Assembly (NCBI GenBank): GCA_964594185.1 | Contig: CAZQMD010000001.1 | Span: forward strand, 1,585 to 65,584 | Reading direction: 5' to 3' | Length of the DNA: 64,000 bases | Source: an uncultured Afipia sp. | Lineage (GTDB): Bacteria; Pseudomonadota; Alphaproteobacteria; Rhizobiales; Xanthobacteraceae | Shown: in pieces, positions 39,070-47,849 of the stretch | How positions within the stretch are numbered: the first letter of the stretch is position 1 | Layout of the letters: each line of letters opens with the position of its first letter | Translations under genes and position numbers: made by a program | The notes under the pieces: generated by a model | Told to the model about the DNA's origin: nothing | What the model saw: the letters and a program-made list of their open reading frames with translations, nothing else | Database searches by the model: none

Positions 39070-41939
39070 TGCACCCTCCACCTAATCGTGAAGAGCGGTT
39101 GCACGTCGATCTTCTGCTCCAGTTTTCCTTCGATCTGGGCGATAAGCTCCGTGCGCTGCTCGTCAATTTTGTCCTGTGCGTCGAACAGCGAACGCCGTTT
39201 TGTCGAGCGTTCCGCTTCAAGGGCCTTCACCGCCTTCTGTCCTGCGAGTTTATCTTCTAACGTCAGCGCAACGGTGGCCGCGCGCCGCGCTTCCTTGATC
39301 TGGCGATCCAGTTCTTTCAATTCTCGTTCAAGACCAACCTTCAAGTCATCAGCCCAGCCGTCCAACTTATCTGCTTCGGCTTCGAAGAAACGTGCGTTGC
39401 GCTCAGAAATGTCGCGGCGAATCTTTGACTGCTGCGTGAGCAAGTCATCGGCCAAACCTGACGAAATATCTTGTGGCGCGCTAACCTCTGACCCAACCGA
39501 TCCACCAATGGTCATCAGGCGAGAAGTAGCTTCGTTCCCCAGTGCAGCACCATCATCGCTCATACCCGAAAGCAATAGATGATCTTCGCTCTGACCGAGC
39601 GCATCAACTGACAAGAGTGATGCCATCAGCCAACCTGACTTGCCTACAAGTGGCTCTACCTGCGAAATGCGCCCTGCATGACGCGAGTAGTCCAAAATAA
39701 GTTCTGCGGTCGGCAATTTCCGTGAACGCGCACGGGAAACGATGGCCTCTCCTAGAGGATGATTGATGCGGAAAAAGTGCGCCTCGCCTGAACGGCGCGG
39801 AAGTTCATAAAGTCCAGTTGGAATACTCGCTCCCGAAATCCAGCTCGGCAAGGCATTTAACCTGAACGATGATGAATCGATGAAGTTTGCCACACCGTCC
39901 AGTTCATGCTTGGCGAGACGCATCAACTGCTGCTCAAACTGATTGAGGTGCAGATTGGTGTCGGCATTACGGACTTTCAGCTTTTCGCGAACCTCGTCGT
40001 CGAAATTTTCGAGTAACTTCTGACGCGCATGAGTCATTGCCTGATTGATCTCTAGCGTCAGCTCCTGCTGGAGCTGGTCGAAGGCCGCTTTGATTTCGCC
40101 AGTCTGACGGCATTGCTGGTAGATGCCTGCAATGCGCTTTTCAAAATCAACTCCTGATTCAATGACGCCCAACACCTCGTCACTTGCACCAAACACGCCC
40201 TCGAATAGTTGGAACTTCTCCGATAAAAGCTCATAGACGCGCTGATCGGCTTCATTTTTCTGATTGAGGAAATTTACGACGACGACATCGTGCTTTTGGC
40301 CGTAGCGATGGCAGCGACCGATACGCTGCTCGATCCGCTGAGGGTTCCACGGAAGATCGTAGTTCACCACCATCGCGCAGAATTGCAGATTGATGCCTTC
40401 TGCTCCGGCTTCTGTGGCAATCATTATTTTTCCGCGTTCCCGAAAATAATCGACCAAAGCCGAGCGCATGTCAGCGGTCTTGGAACCCGTGACACGATCC
40501 GACCCGGCGTGACGCGCCAGCCATTCTTTAAAGATGGCTTTGGACTGTTCGTCGGTATTCGTTCCGTTGAACAGAACGATGTGGTCGGCAAACGGACTCT
40601 CGGCGAGGACACGAAGCAGATAGGATTGCGTACGCCTAGATTCAGTAAAAATAATCGCCTTTTCGTCCGCACCATGCTCGCGTGCCTTAGCAAAACCCAC
40701 TTCTAACGCTTTTAGAAGTGCGCGTCCTTTGGCATTCTGTTCGATAGACGTTGCCAAAGTGGCAAACTCACGAAGCTCGATAATTTCAAGCTCTAATGCT
40801 CGCTGGTCGGCCTCGGTCAACAATTCAGCGTCATCGTCCGGCCACTCATCCGCCGTTTCATTAAGTGCTTCGTAGTCTTCATCGAGTTCATCGACGAGCG
40901 ATGTTGGCCTGCTTTGATCTAGCCGCTTTTGAAGGCGGTTGGAAATGGATGTTAGTGCACCCGCAATGGCGAATGTCGAAGACGCGAGTAGTTTTCGCAG
41001 GACGAGCGTCATCAGCGAACGCTGGCTGGCAGGTAATGCCTGAAGATTGTCACGCTGCAAGTAAGCGGTAACCAGATTATACAACTTGTCTTCGGCTTCG
41101 TCGGGGTTGAATTTTTCAAGGATCGCGTGGCGCTTGGTGTAGGGAACGTAAGCAGTTACCTGACGCCGCAATGTGCGGTGGCAAATTGGCTTCAAACGCT
41201 CTTTCAAAATCTGGAACGTGCGTTCTTGAGTGCCACCGCCAAATTGATCACGAAAGCTCTTCAAATCACCGAATGTGTGTTCGTCAATGAAGCTCACTAA
41301 GCCGTAAAGCTCCAAGAGCGAGTTCTGTAGCGGTGTGGCTGTCAACAGCAGTTTATTCCGCTCGGCAAGTGCGCCTTTCAGCGTGTTGGCGATGACATTG
41401 GACGGCTTGTAAACATTGCGCAGGCGGTGTGCTTCGTCGATAACCACCAAATCCCAAGGGATGGCGTGAACATCGACTGCCTTGTTCCTCGCAAATTGGT
41501 AGGAGCAAATTACGATGCTGTCAGTTCGATCAAAAGGACGAAAATTTCCCGCTTTGACTTCAGCATTGTAAGGTTTTGATTCCATGATGGTGCATGGAAT
41601 GAAAAACTTCTCATTCAATTCCTGATGCCACTGCTTACGCAGGTTGGAGGGCGCGATAATGAGAATCCGCCGCTTCATCTCGGCCCATCGCTGCGAAATC
41701 ACGAGTCCAGCTTCGATGGTTTTACCAAGCCCAACTTCATCGGCCAGTAATGCGCCCTTTGAAAGGGGCGAAGCGAAGGCAAATAGGGCTGCGTCCACCT
41801 GATGTGGATTCATATCGACTTGAGCGCCTGCGACAGCGACTGCCAGCTTCTCAGAGCTGTCAGACGCGCGCCGCCTTGTTAATTCATATGCGAACAGCTT
41901 GGCGTGATAATCAGTCGATGATGCAATGGTCTCCTGCAC
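39066..41939 (-). CDS. SNF2/RapA-like helicase
   Basis: LLADEVGLGKT, DEAH, LTATP, EGINLQ and YDLPWNPQRIEQRIGRCHRYGQ motifs; C-terminal coiled coil. Confidence 0.92.
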   Translation of the reverse strand: MQETIASSTDYHAKLFAYELTRRRASDSSEKLAVAVAGAQVDMNPHQVDAALFAFASPLSKGALLADEVGLGKTIEAGLVISQRWAEMKRRILIIAPSNLRKQWHQELNEKFFIPCTIMESKPYNAEVKAGNFRPFDRTDSIVICSYQFARNKAVDVHAIPWDLVVIDEAHRLRNVYKPSNVIANTLKGALAERNKLLLTATPLQNSLLELYGLVSFIDEHTFGDLKSFRDQFGGGTQERTFQILKERLKPICHRTLRRQVTAYVPYTKRHAILEKFNPDEAEDKLYNLVTAYLQRDNLQALPASQRSLMTLVLRKLLASSTFAIAGALTSISNRLQKRLDQSRPTSLVDELDEDYEALNETADEWPDDDAELLTEADQRALELEIIELREFATLATSIEQNAKGRALLKALEVGFAKAREHGADEKAIIFTESRRTQSYLLRVLAESPFADHIVLFNGTNTDEQSKAIFKEWLARHAGSDRVTGSKTADMRSALVDYFRERGKIMIATEAGAEGINLQFCAMVVNYDLPWNPQRIEQRIGRCHRYGQKHDVVVVNFLNQKNEADQRVYELLSEKFQLFEGVFGASDEVLGVIESGVDFEKRIAGIYQQCRQTGEIKAAFDQLQQELTLEINQAMTHARQKLLENFDDEVREKLKVRNADTNLHLNQFEQQLMRLAKHELDGVANFIDSSSFRLNALPSWISGASIPTGLYELPRRSGEAHFFRINHPLGEAIVSRARSRKLPTAELILDYSRHAGRISQVEPLVGKSGWLMASLLSVDALGQSEDHLLLSGMSDDGAALGNEATSRLMTIGGSVGSEVSAPQDISSGLADDLLTQQSKIRRDISERNARFFEAEADKLDGWADDLKVGLERELKELDRQIKEARRAATVALTLEDKLAGQKAVKALEAERSTKRRSLFDAQDKIDEQRTELIAQIEGKLEQKIDVQPLFTIRWRVQ

Positions 41940-42064
41940 GCGCGCCTCATGTTAGCGACGATTTAGCCCGCCGGGCGGACGAACCTTGATCGCCTTGTCA
42001 ATCTCTTCATCGGTATTGCGGGAGACGTAATCCCGACGAATTTCTCGGATTGAGAAACTCAAAT

Positions 42065-42403
42065 TGGTGCGGGCGGCCGGAATCGAACCGGCACGGGGTT
42101 ACCCCCAACGGATTTTCTTACCAGCTTCGGCTTTCGCCGCCTCGCCGTTGCACGTTTGTGCTTAGGCGAGTTCGTGGTCTGGACTATCCCTTCACCGTGG
42201 CGTTCGCCGTGAAGCGATAGCGTTAGGTGCTGCCCGTCTAGTCTCTACACCTTCCCTCGGGCACGTTTGTGCTTCGAGGGCTTGGCTCGGGATTGCCATC
42301 TGACAGGTTTCCCCGATTTTGAGCAGTTCTGCATCTCGGGTTTCCCTGAGAGCACTCAATTTCCGTTTAAGTCCGTTGCGTCTACCAGTTCCGCCACGTC
42401 CGC
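42065..42403 (-). tRNA. trnL: Island-encoded tRNA-Leu(UAA) with group I intron (exons 42403-42369 and 42116-42065; 87 nt spliced)
   Basis: Spliced product GCGGACGTGGCGGAACTGGTAGACGCAACGGACTT^AAAATCCGTTGGGGGTAACCCCGTGCCGGTTCGATTCCGGCCGCCCGCACCA folds as a cloverleaf: ACGGA/TCCGT anticodon stem, long variable arm, encoded CCA. Confidence 0.93.
42117..42368 (-). ncRNA. Group I self-splicing intron (252 nt, IC3/tRNA type), no ORF
   Basis: Inserted after U34; ends in G; P1 ACUU^AA/UUGAGU with U.G at the splice site; core elements AAAUCGGGGAAAC, AAUCCCGAGC, GUAGAGACUAGACGG and AAGGGAUAGUCC resemble P, Q, R, S of trnL/Azoarcus introns. Confidence 0.92.
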
Positions 42404-42415
42404 ATACCGCCACAT

Positions 42416-42444
42416 TTATAGGCGTGACCCCCATGACAAGCCAA
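42416..42444 (-). promoter_or_regulatory. Putative sigma70 promoter of the island tRNA
   Basis: TTGGCT-N17-CTATAA, 12 bp upstream of tRNA G1. Confidence 0.55.
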
Positions 42445-42469
42445 GGAATTTTTATGCAGGTCCAAGGAG

Positions 42470-43660
42470 TTAGTCTTTTGCAGCCTTCTTTTGGGTTTTC
42501 TTCACGTTTTTTGCACTTGGCTTCGGCCTGCGAATATTGATGGCCGCCGCATCAAGACTGGTTTTGATGTGTGAGGCGTAATATTTCTCGATCATCTCCA
42601 CGCTGGTGCGACAGTTCTTGGCGATCTGGTAGATGTCCGCACCTTCCATCAAGCGTAGGCAGATGTAGGTATGCCGTAAGCTGTACGCGGTGCGGCGATT
42701 GCCTTCGCGATCGAACTTGAGTTCTTCCTCATCGAGGATAGCGTTGAAAAGCTCTCGATGACCCTTCGGAAAAATCCGGTCGGTCGGCTTCGGGTTGTTG
42801 CGTTTCTTCAATCGCTCAAACGGAAGCACGGCCCCATTCGTGCTCTTGCAATATCCGACGCCGCGCTTGCCGCGTACTTCAATTTCCAAGATCGTCTCTT
42901 CTGTGGACTCGTCATCGACGACAGTCACGTCCCGATATTCCAGTCGTGCGACTTCATCGGGACGCAAGCCGGTGTTCACCATGAACAGCACATAGTCGTG
43001 AAGCTGTTCACCTTGCCACGCGTAGCGTTTGCGTTTTGGATTCTGTGCCCGATGCCGTGTGGCCGTGTAGAGCTTCTTGTATTCTTCCGGCGAGAACCAC
43101 GCACGATGAGAGACTTTTCCGTTCGTCTTGTACGGCTCAGAAAGGTCAGGAATGTATTGAATCCAGCCGTGGCGCGCTGCTGTTTTTAGCACCTGACGTA
43201 GCGTCACGATCTCTTGGTGCATCGTGTTGCGCGCGGGCGGTTTGCCACGCGCAGCAACCGTCTCCTCCCGCCGATGAATGCGGTATTCCTGCAAGAGGCC
43301 GGGGGTGACTTGCAATAGCGTCTTTTTGCCAAAGAAGGGGAGAAGGTGAATGTCGAGCCTTCGCATGTGCCCTTCGACATACTGAGGGTTGCGCTGTCCT
43401 TCGGTGATGATTTCGTATTCGCGGCGAAATTGGTCGGCGGCTATCTTGAAGCTCTTGCCGCCAATGACTTCACCGGCGCGGTGTTTGCCCTTCAACTCAA
43501 GATACCAATCCTCGGCGAAGTCCTTCGCATGTTCGAGGCTTTCTTCTTTCGTGGTCACGCGCCGGTTACGGCCCGCGAGAAATGTCGAGCACTGCCAGTG
43601 ACGGCTGTTCTCGCGTTTGTAGAGATGGAGTTTTCCTCCCATCAATTCGTGATGTGCCAT
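42470..43660 (-). CDS. int: Tyrosine recombinase / integrase
   Basis: NTGLRPDE, GKRG, YSLRHTY and RTSVEMIEKYY motifs; adjacent to the att site. Confidence 0.93.
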   Translation of the reverse strand: MAHHELMGGKLHLYKRENSRHWQCSTFLAGRNRRVTTKEESLEHAKDFAEDWYLELKGKHRAGEVIGGKSFKIAADQFRREYEIITEGQRNPQYVEGHMRRLDIHLLPFFGKKTLLQVTPGLLQEYRIHRREETVAARGKPPARNTMHQEIVTLRQVLKTAARHGWIQYIPDLSEPYKTNGKVSHRAWFSPEEYKKLYTATRHRAQNPKRKRYAWQGEQLHDYVLFMVNTGLRPDEVARLEYRDVTVVDDESTEETILEIEVRGKRGVGYCKSTNGAVLPFERLKKRNNPKPTDRIFPKGHRELFNAILDEEELKFDREGNRRTAYSLRHTYICLRLMEGADIYQIAKNCRTSVEMIEKYYASHIKTSLDAAAINIRRPKPSAKNVKKTQKKAAKD

Positions 43661-43681
43661 GCTGGCCTCTTCCACATTCGC

Positions 43682-43765
43682 TTACACAGTTTGCACAAGT
43701 TGAAGCGGATCAGACTTCGCGTTGTGTGCGCCCGAAAAAGCGCATTTTGTGTAACGTATGTGTAA
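43682..43765. repeat. Putative integrase arm-type sites, right end
   Basis: TGTGTAA at 43748 and 43759; inverted copy TTACACA at 43682. Confidence 0.65.
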
Positions 43766-43858
43766 GGGTATTTTGGTCTTTTTTGGATGTCAAATTGTTT
43801 AGTTATCTATATGATTTTATTAGAAAAATTGTCTAATAAAAATGTTATGCTTGTGTGC

Positions 43859-43897
43859 TTTTAAGTCCCTTGCGTCTACCAATTCCGCCACGTCCGC
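43859..43897 (-). pseudogene. 5' half of the interrupted host tRNA-Leu(UAA), right island junction
   Basis: Minus strand reads GCGGACGTGGCGGAATTGGTAGACGCAAGGGACTTAAAA then non-tRNA AT-rich DNA; pairs perfectly with the 14657-14712 half. Confidence 0.95.
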
Positions 43898-44210
43898 GCG
43901 GGCGGGTTGTAGCATCGCGCAGGGTGCCGCTGAAAGCCCGGTCTGGGCCATAAATGTCTCGCCGCACGGATGAATCCTGCCATTCCCGTACCGGCCCGCA
44001 GCGGCAGCTCTTTGATCGAGCCTCATGCCGAATGCAAAAAACATCGGCAATGCAGGCCTAATTCGCACATGCTGCGTCGAAAAGCCCTCACGTCCCGCGC
44101 ATCGGCAATTGCACGTTCCGCGTTTGACGCTACAACTGGCGGGCCGGACGGATCGTCGCCAATGCCTTTTTTGAGGAGCATTCGCGAATTGAAATCGGAT
44201 GTGATTCGTC

Positions 44211-45038
44211 ATGCGCTGCCTGGTGGTCGCCGACCTGCACTACTCTCTGCCGCAGTTCGACTGGGTGCTGGGCGCTGCCTCGCATTTCGATGTGGTGATC
44301 ATTGCCGGCGACGCGCTCGACATCGGATCGGTGGTCGATTTCCGCGCGCAGATCGTCGTGGTGCAGAAATATCTGAAGATGCTCGCCGCGAAGACGCGGG
44401 TGATCCTGTGTTCGGGCAACCACGATCTCGATGAGCGCGACGGCTCAGGCGAGAAGATCTCGCGCTGGATCGGCGATGTCGGCAATCTCGGCATCGCCCA
44501 TGACGGCGACAGCCTGACCATCGGCGATACGTTCTTCACCATCTGCCCGTGGTGGGATGGCCCTCGCGTGAAAGCACAGATCGGCGTGCAACTCGAGGAA
44601 GCCGCCGCCGAACATCGCGGCCGCTGGATCTGGGTCCACCATGCGCCGCCCGCCAATTCGCCGACAAGCTGGGCAGGCTCGCGCTTTCAGGGCGACATCG
44701 AACTCGTGCAATGGATCGAGGCCTATCGGCCTGACATCGTTCTGTCAGGTCATGTGCACCAGTCGCCGTTCACCAAGGACGGCTCATGGTTCGACAGGAT
44801 CGGCGACACCTGGGTGTTCAACGCGGGCCACCAGTTCGGAAGTCCGCCCTCGTTTATCGCGCTTGATCTCGACGCAGGCCGCGCGTTCTGGCTTTCGGCG
44901 GCCGGCGAACAATGCATCGATCTCGGAGCGCCGTTGCAGCGTCCCGCGAACGCCATCGACGAATTTCCCGGCTGGCTTATAGCCGCGGGTCAGGCTGGCG
45001 GTCCGAGCCCGGCGATGTCTTCGAGCCTGGCAGGTTGA
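44211..45038 (+). CDS. Metallophosphoesterase (Icc-like)
   Basis: ADLH, GD, GNHD, HH.PP and GHVH motifs. Confidence 0.88.
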   Translation: MRCLVVADLHYSLPQFDWVLGAASHFDVVIIAGDALDIGSVVDFRAQIVVVQKYLKMLAAKTRVILCSGNHDLDERDGSGEKISRWIGDVGNLGIAHDGDSLTIGDTFFTICPWWDGPRVKAQIGVQLEEAAAEHRGRWIWVHHAPPANSPTSWAGSRFQGDIELVQWIEAYRPDIVLSGHVHQSPFTKDGSWFDRIGDTWVFNAGHQFGSPPSFIALDLDAGRAFWLSAAGEQCIDLGAPLQRPANAIDEFPGWLIAAGQAGGPSPAMSSSLAG

Positions 45039-45462
45039 CCAGGGTCTCCAGCACCTCGCCCACCATTTCCAGATGCGTGCCGTGTCCGGCATATTGCCGC
45101 TTGATGTCGGCGAGATACGTCGTCGCAGCATTCAGCCGCTGGGCAAGAACCTTCCCGACCAGCAGCGCAACTTCGGATTTCTCGCGCAGGAAACCGTCGC
45201 CATCGTCGATCCGGTAGACCGTCGAGCCGGTGGAGGCCCGCACCGTTGCGGTATGCGGCAGGCCGAGCAGCACCGACATCTCGCCCAGCACAGCGCCGGG
45301 CTCTGTCACGACGGCGACGACGGTCTCGCCCTTGAGGACCTCAAGCTCGCCTTCCAGCAGCACGAACAGTTCGCCGGTGGTTTCCCCTTCCCGCAGCAGC
45401 AGCGAATCCGCCGCGACATAGGTTTCCTTCCGGCCCACACAATGTTCGAGAACTGCACGCAT
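44977..45462 (-). CDS. Cyclic-nucleotide-binding domain protein
   Basis: LLREGE...GELEV...LGEMSVLLGLPHTATVRA. Confidence 0.85.
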   Translation of the reverse strand: MRAVLEHCVGRKETYVAADSLLLREGETTGELFVLLEGELEVLKGETVVAVVTEPGAVLGEMSVLLGLPHTATVRASTGSTVYRIDDGDGFLREKSEVALLVGKVLAQRLNAATTYLADIKRQYAGHGTHLEMVGEVLETLVNLPGSKTSPGSDRQPDPRL

Positions 45463-45634
45463 GGCGATCTCCGTCCTGACACAGCAAGGCTAGGCTGCGC
45501 TGTTTAAAACGTCCATCGCATAGTGGCGTCCCGTTTGCGCAAATTGCCAGCACTTCGGCGGGCGCGGTATGGTCCGCGTCCGGTTCGCCTTCGCGCGGAC
45601 ATAAGAACAAACAAGCTCAAGAGGATGCGCCGCG

Positions 45635-46540
<906 letters not shown>

Positions 46541-46584
46541 GGAACGATCATCGCGAGGTGCACTCACCGCACAAAACATACGAT

Positions 46585-46708
46585 GTCGTCCCCGCGCAGG
46601 CGGGACCCATACTCCTTATATCGTCGATTTGAGGGAGATGTTGGAGCAATCTTTTTGCTCTCACAGTGAAGTAGAGGGGTTATGGGTCCCCGCCTCCGCG
46701 GGGACGAC
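46585..46708. repeat. REP pair, family B (GTCGTCCCCGCG..GCGGGGACCCAT)
   Basis: Inverted pair; second copy at 56595. Confidence 0.85.
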
Positions 46709-46736
46709 GTGGGGAGAGATCACGCAAGTTGCGCGG

Positions 46737-47723
46737 CTACCTCATCACCAGCACCACACGCCCGATCGCTTTGCGGTCCATCAGCAAACGCATCGCCTTC
46801 GCATAATCTTCAAGCGGCAGGCGGTGCGAGATGTTCGGACTGATCCGGCGCTCGTCGGCAAGCCGCGTCAGGTCCGCCATGCGCGCGATATTGAGCGATG
46901 GGTCTTTTCGGACGGCTTCGCCCGCGCGTACCCCAAGCACGCTTGCGCCCTTGATCAGAACGAGGTTGGTCTTCGCCACACCGACCCCGCCGGTAAAGCC
47001 GACTACCAGCAGCCGCGCGCCCCATGCGATGCAGCGCAGGCTGTCCTCGAAAATTTGGCCGCCCACCGGATCGAACACCACATCCACGCCGCGTCCGTCG
47101 GTGATGCGTTTCACCGCATCCTTGAACGGTTCGCGGCCATAGAGCACGCCATGATCCGCGCCGCGTTGCCGCGCGACGTCAAGCTTCTCTTCGCTCGATG
47201 CGCAGGCAATGACGGTTGCGCCAGAGACCTTGCCGAGTTCGACAGCGGCAAGCCCGACTCCGCCGCCCGCGCCATGCACCAGCAGCACCTCGCCCGGTTT
47301 GATCTGCGCGCGGTCATGCAGCGCGTGCCAGGCCGTGCCATGCGCCGCGAGGAACGCCGCGCCCTGCGCGTAATCGAATGTCAGCGGCAGCGGCATTAGT
47401 TGATCGGGCGCAACGATGATTTCATCGGCGTAGCAGCCGAACCGTGCCTTCACGATCACCCTGTCGCCCGCATGAAAGCCGTCGCTACCAGCGACATCGA
47501 TCACCTCGCCTGCGGCTTCCATACCCGGCGTGAAGGGCAGCGGCGGCTTGAGCTGATACTCGCCCGCCGCCATCAGGATGTCGGGAAAGTTCAACCCGGC
47601 GGCATGGATCGCAACCCGCACCTGACCTTGCCCGTTCTCTGGCGCCAGCGCGGCGCGCGGGACATCTTCAAGCTTGAGCTTTTCAGGCGGCCCGAGTTCG
47701 CGGCAGACGACGGCGCGCGGCAT
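46737..47723 (-). CDS. NADPH:quinone oxidoreductase (MDR family)
   Basis: GLNFPD, PFTPGME and VHGAGGGVG motifs. Confidence 0.9.
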   Translation of the reverse strand: MPRAVVCRELGPPEKLKLEDVPRAALAPENGQGQVRVAIHAAGLNFPDILMAAGEYQLKPPLPFTPGMEAAGEVIDVAGSDGFHAGDRVIVKARFGCYADEIIVAPDQLMPLPLTFDYAQGAAFLAAHGTAWHALHDRAQIKPGEVLLVHGAGGGVGLAAVELGKVSGATVIACASSEEKLDVARQRGADHGVLYGREPFKDAVKRITDGRGVDVVFDPVGGQIFEDSLRCIAWGARLLVVGFTGGVGVAKTNLVLIKGASVLGVRAGEAVRKDPSLNIARMADLTRLADERRISPNISHRLPLEDYAKAMRLLMDRKAIGRVVLVMR

Positions 47724-47765
47724 TTAGATGATCCTTAGAATTCCAGCAGTCGTGACGGCGATTGC

Positions 47766-47848
47766 CGTCATTGCGAGCGAAGCGAAGCAATCCAGCTTTC
47801 TTGACACAAGAATGGACTGCTTCGTCGCTATCGCTCCTCGCAATGACG
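47766..47848. repeat. REP-like palindrome, family A
   Basis: CGTCATTGCGAG...CTCGCAATGACG. Confidence 0.85.
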
Positions 47849-47849
47849 C

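Larger units (their letters stand above)
14705..43866. mobile_element. Integrative mobilizable genomic island (29,154 bp) inserted in the tRNA-Leu(UAA) anticodon loop
   Basis: TTTTAAGT direct repeat at 14705-14712 and 43859-43866; complementary tRNA halves outside; tyrosine integrase, MOBQ relaxase, oriT and VirD4 inside; AT-richer than flanks; no host REPs seen; no Mpf or phage genes. Confidence 0.93.

Noticed and set aside
32210..41939. Calling the defence operon BREX, DISARM or Wadjet
   Set aside because: No PglZ/BrxC, DrmA/DrmB or JetABD-like genes; Mod and Res are type III-like
42192..42540. ORFs overlapping the intron as a homing endonuclease
   Set aside because: Short, no LAGLIDADG, HNH or GIY-YIG motif, and they run across the tRNA exon and ribozyme core
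14705..43866. Prophage or self-transmissible ICE
   Set aside because: No capsid, terminase or tail genes and no VirB/Trb mating-pair genes
14657..43897. Trans-spliced split tRNA (Nanoarchaeum-like) from the two halves
   Set aside because: No complementary leader/trailer sequences seen; the 8-bp duplication and adjacent integrase explain the split as an insertion
43820..44434. ORFs 43820..44212 and 43970..44434
   Set aside because: One spans the tRNA half and att site, the other overlaps the phosphoesterase out of frame; no recognisable protein features
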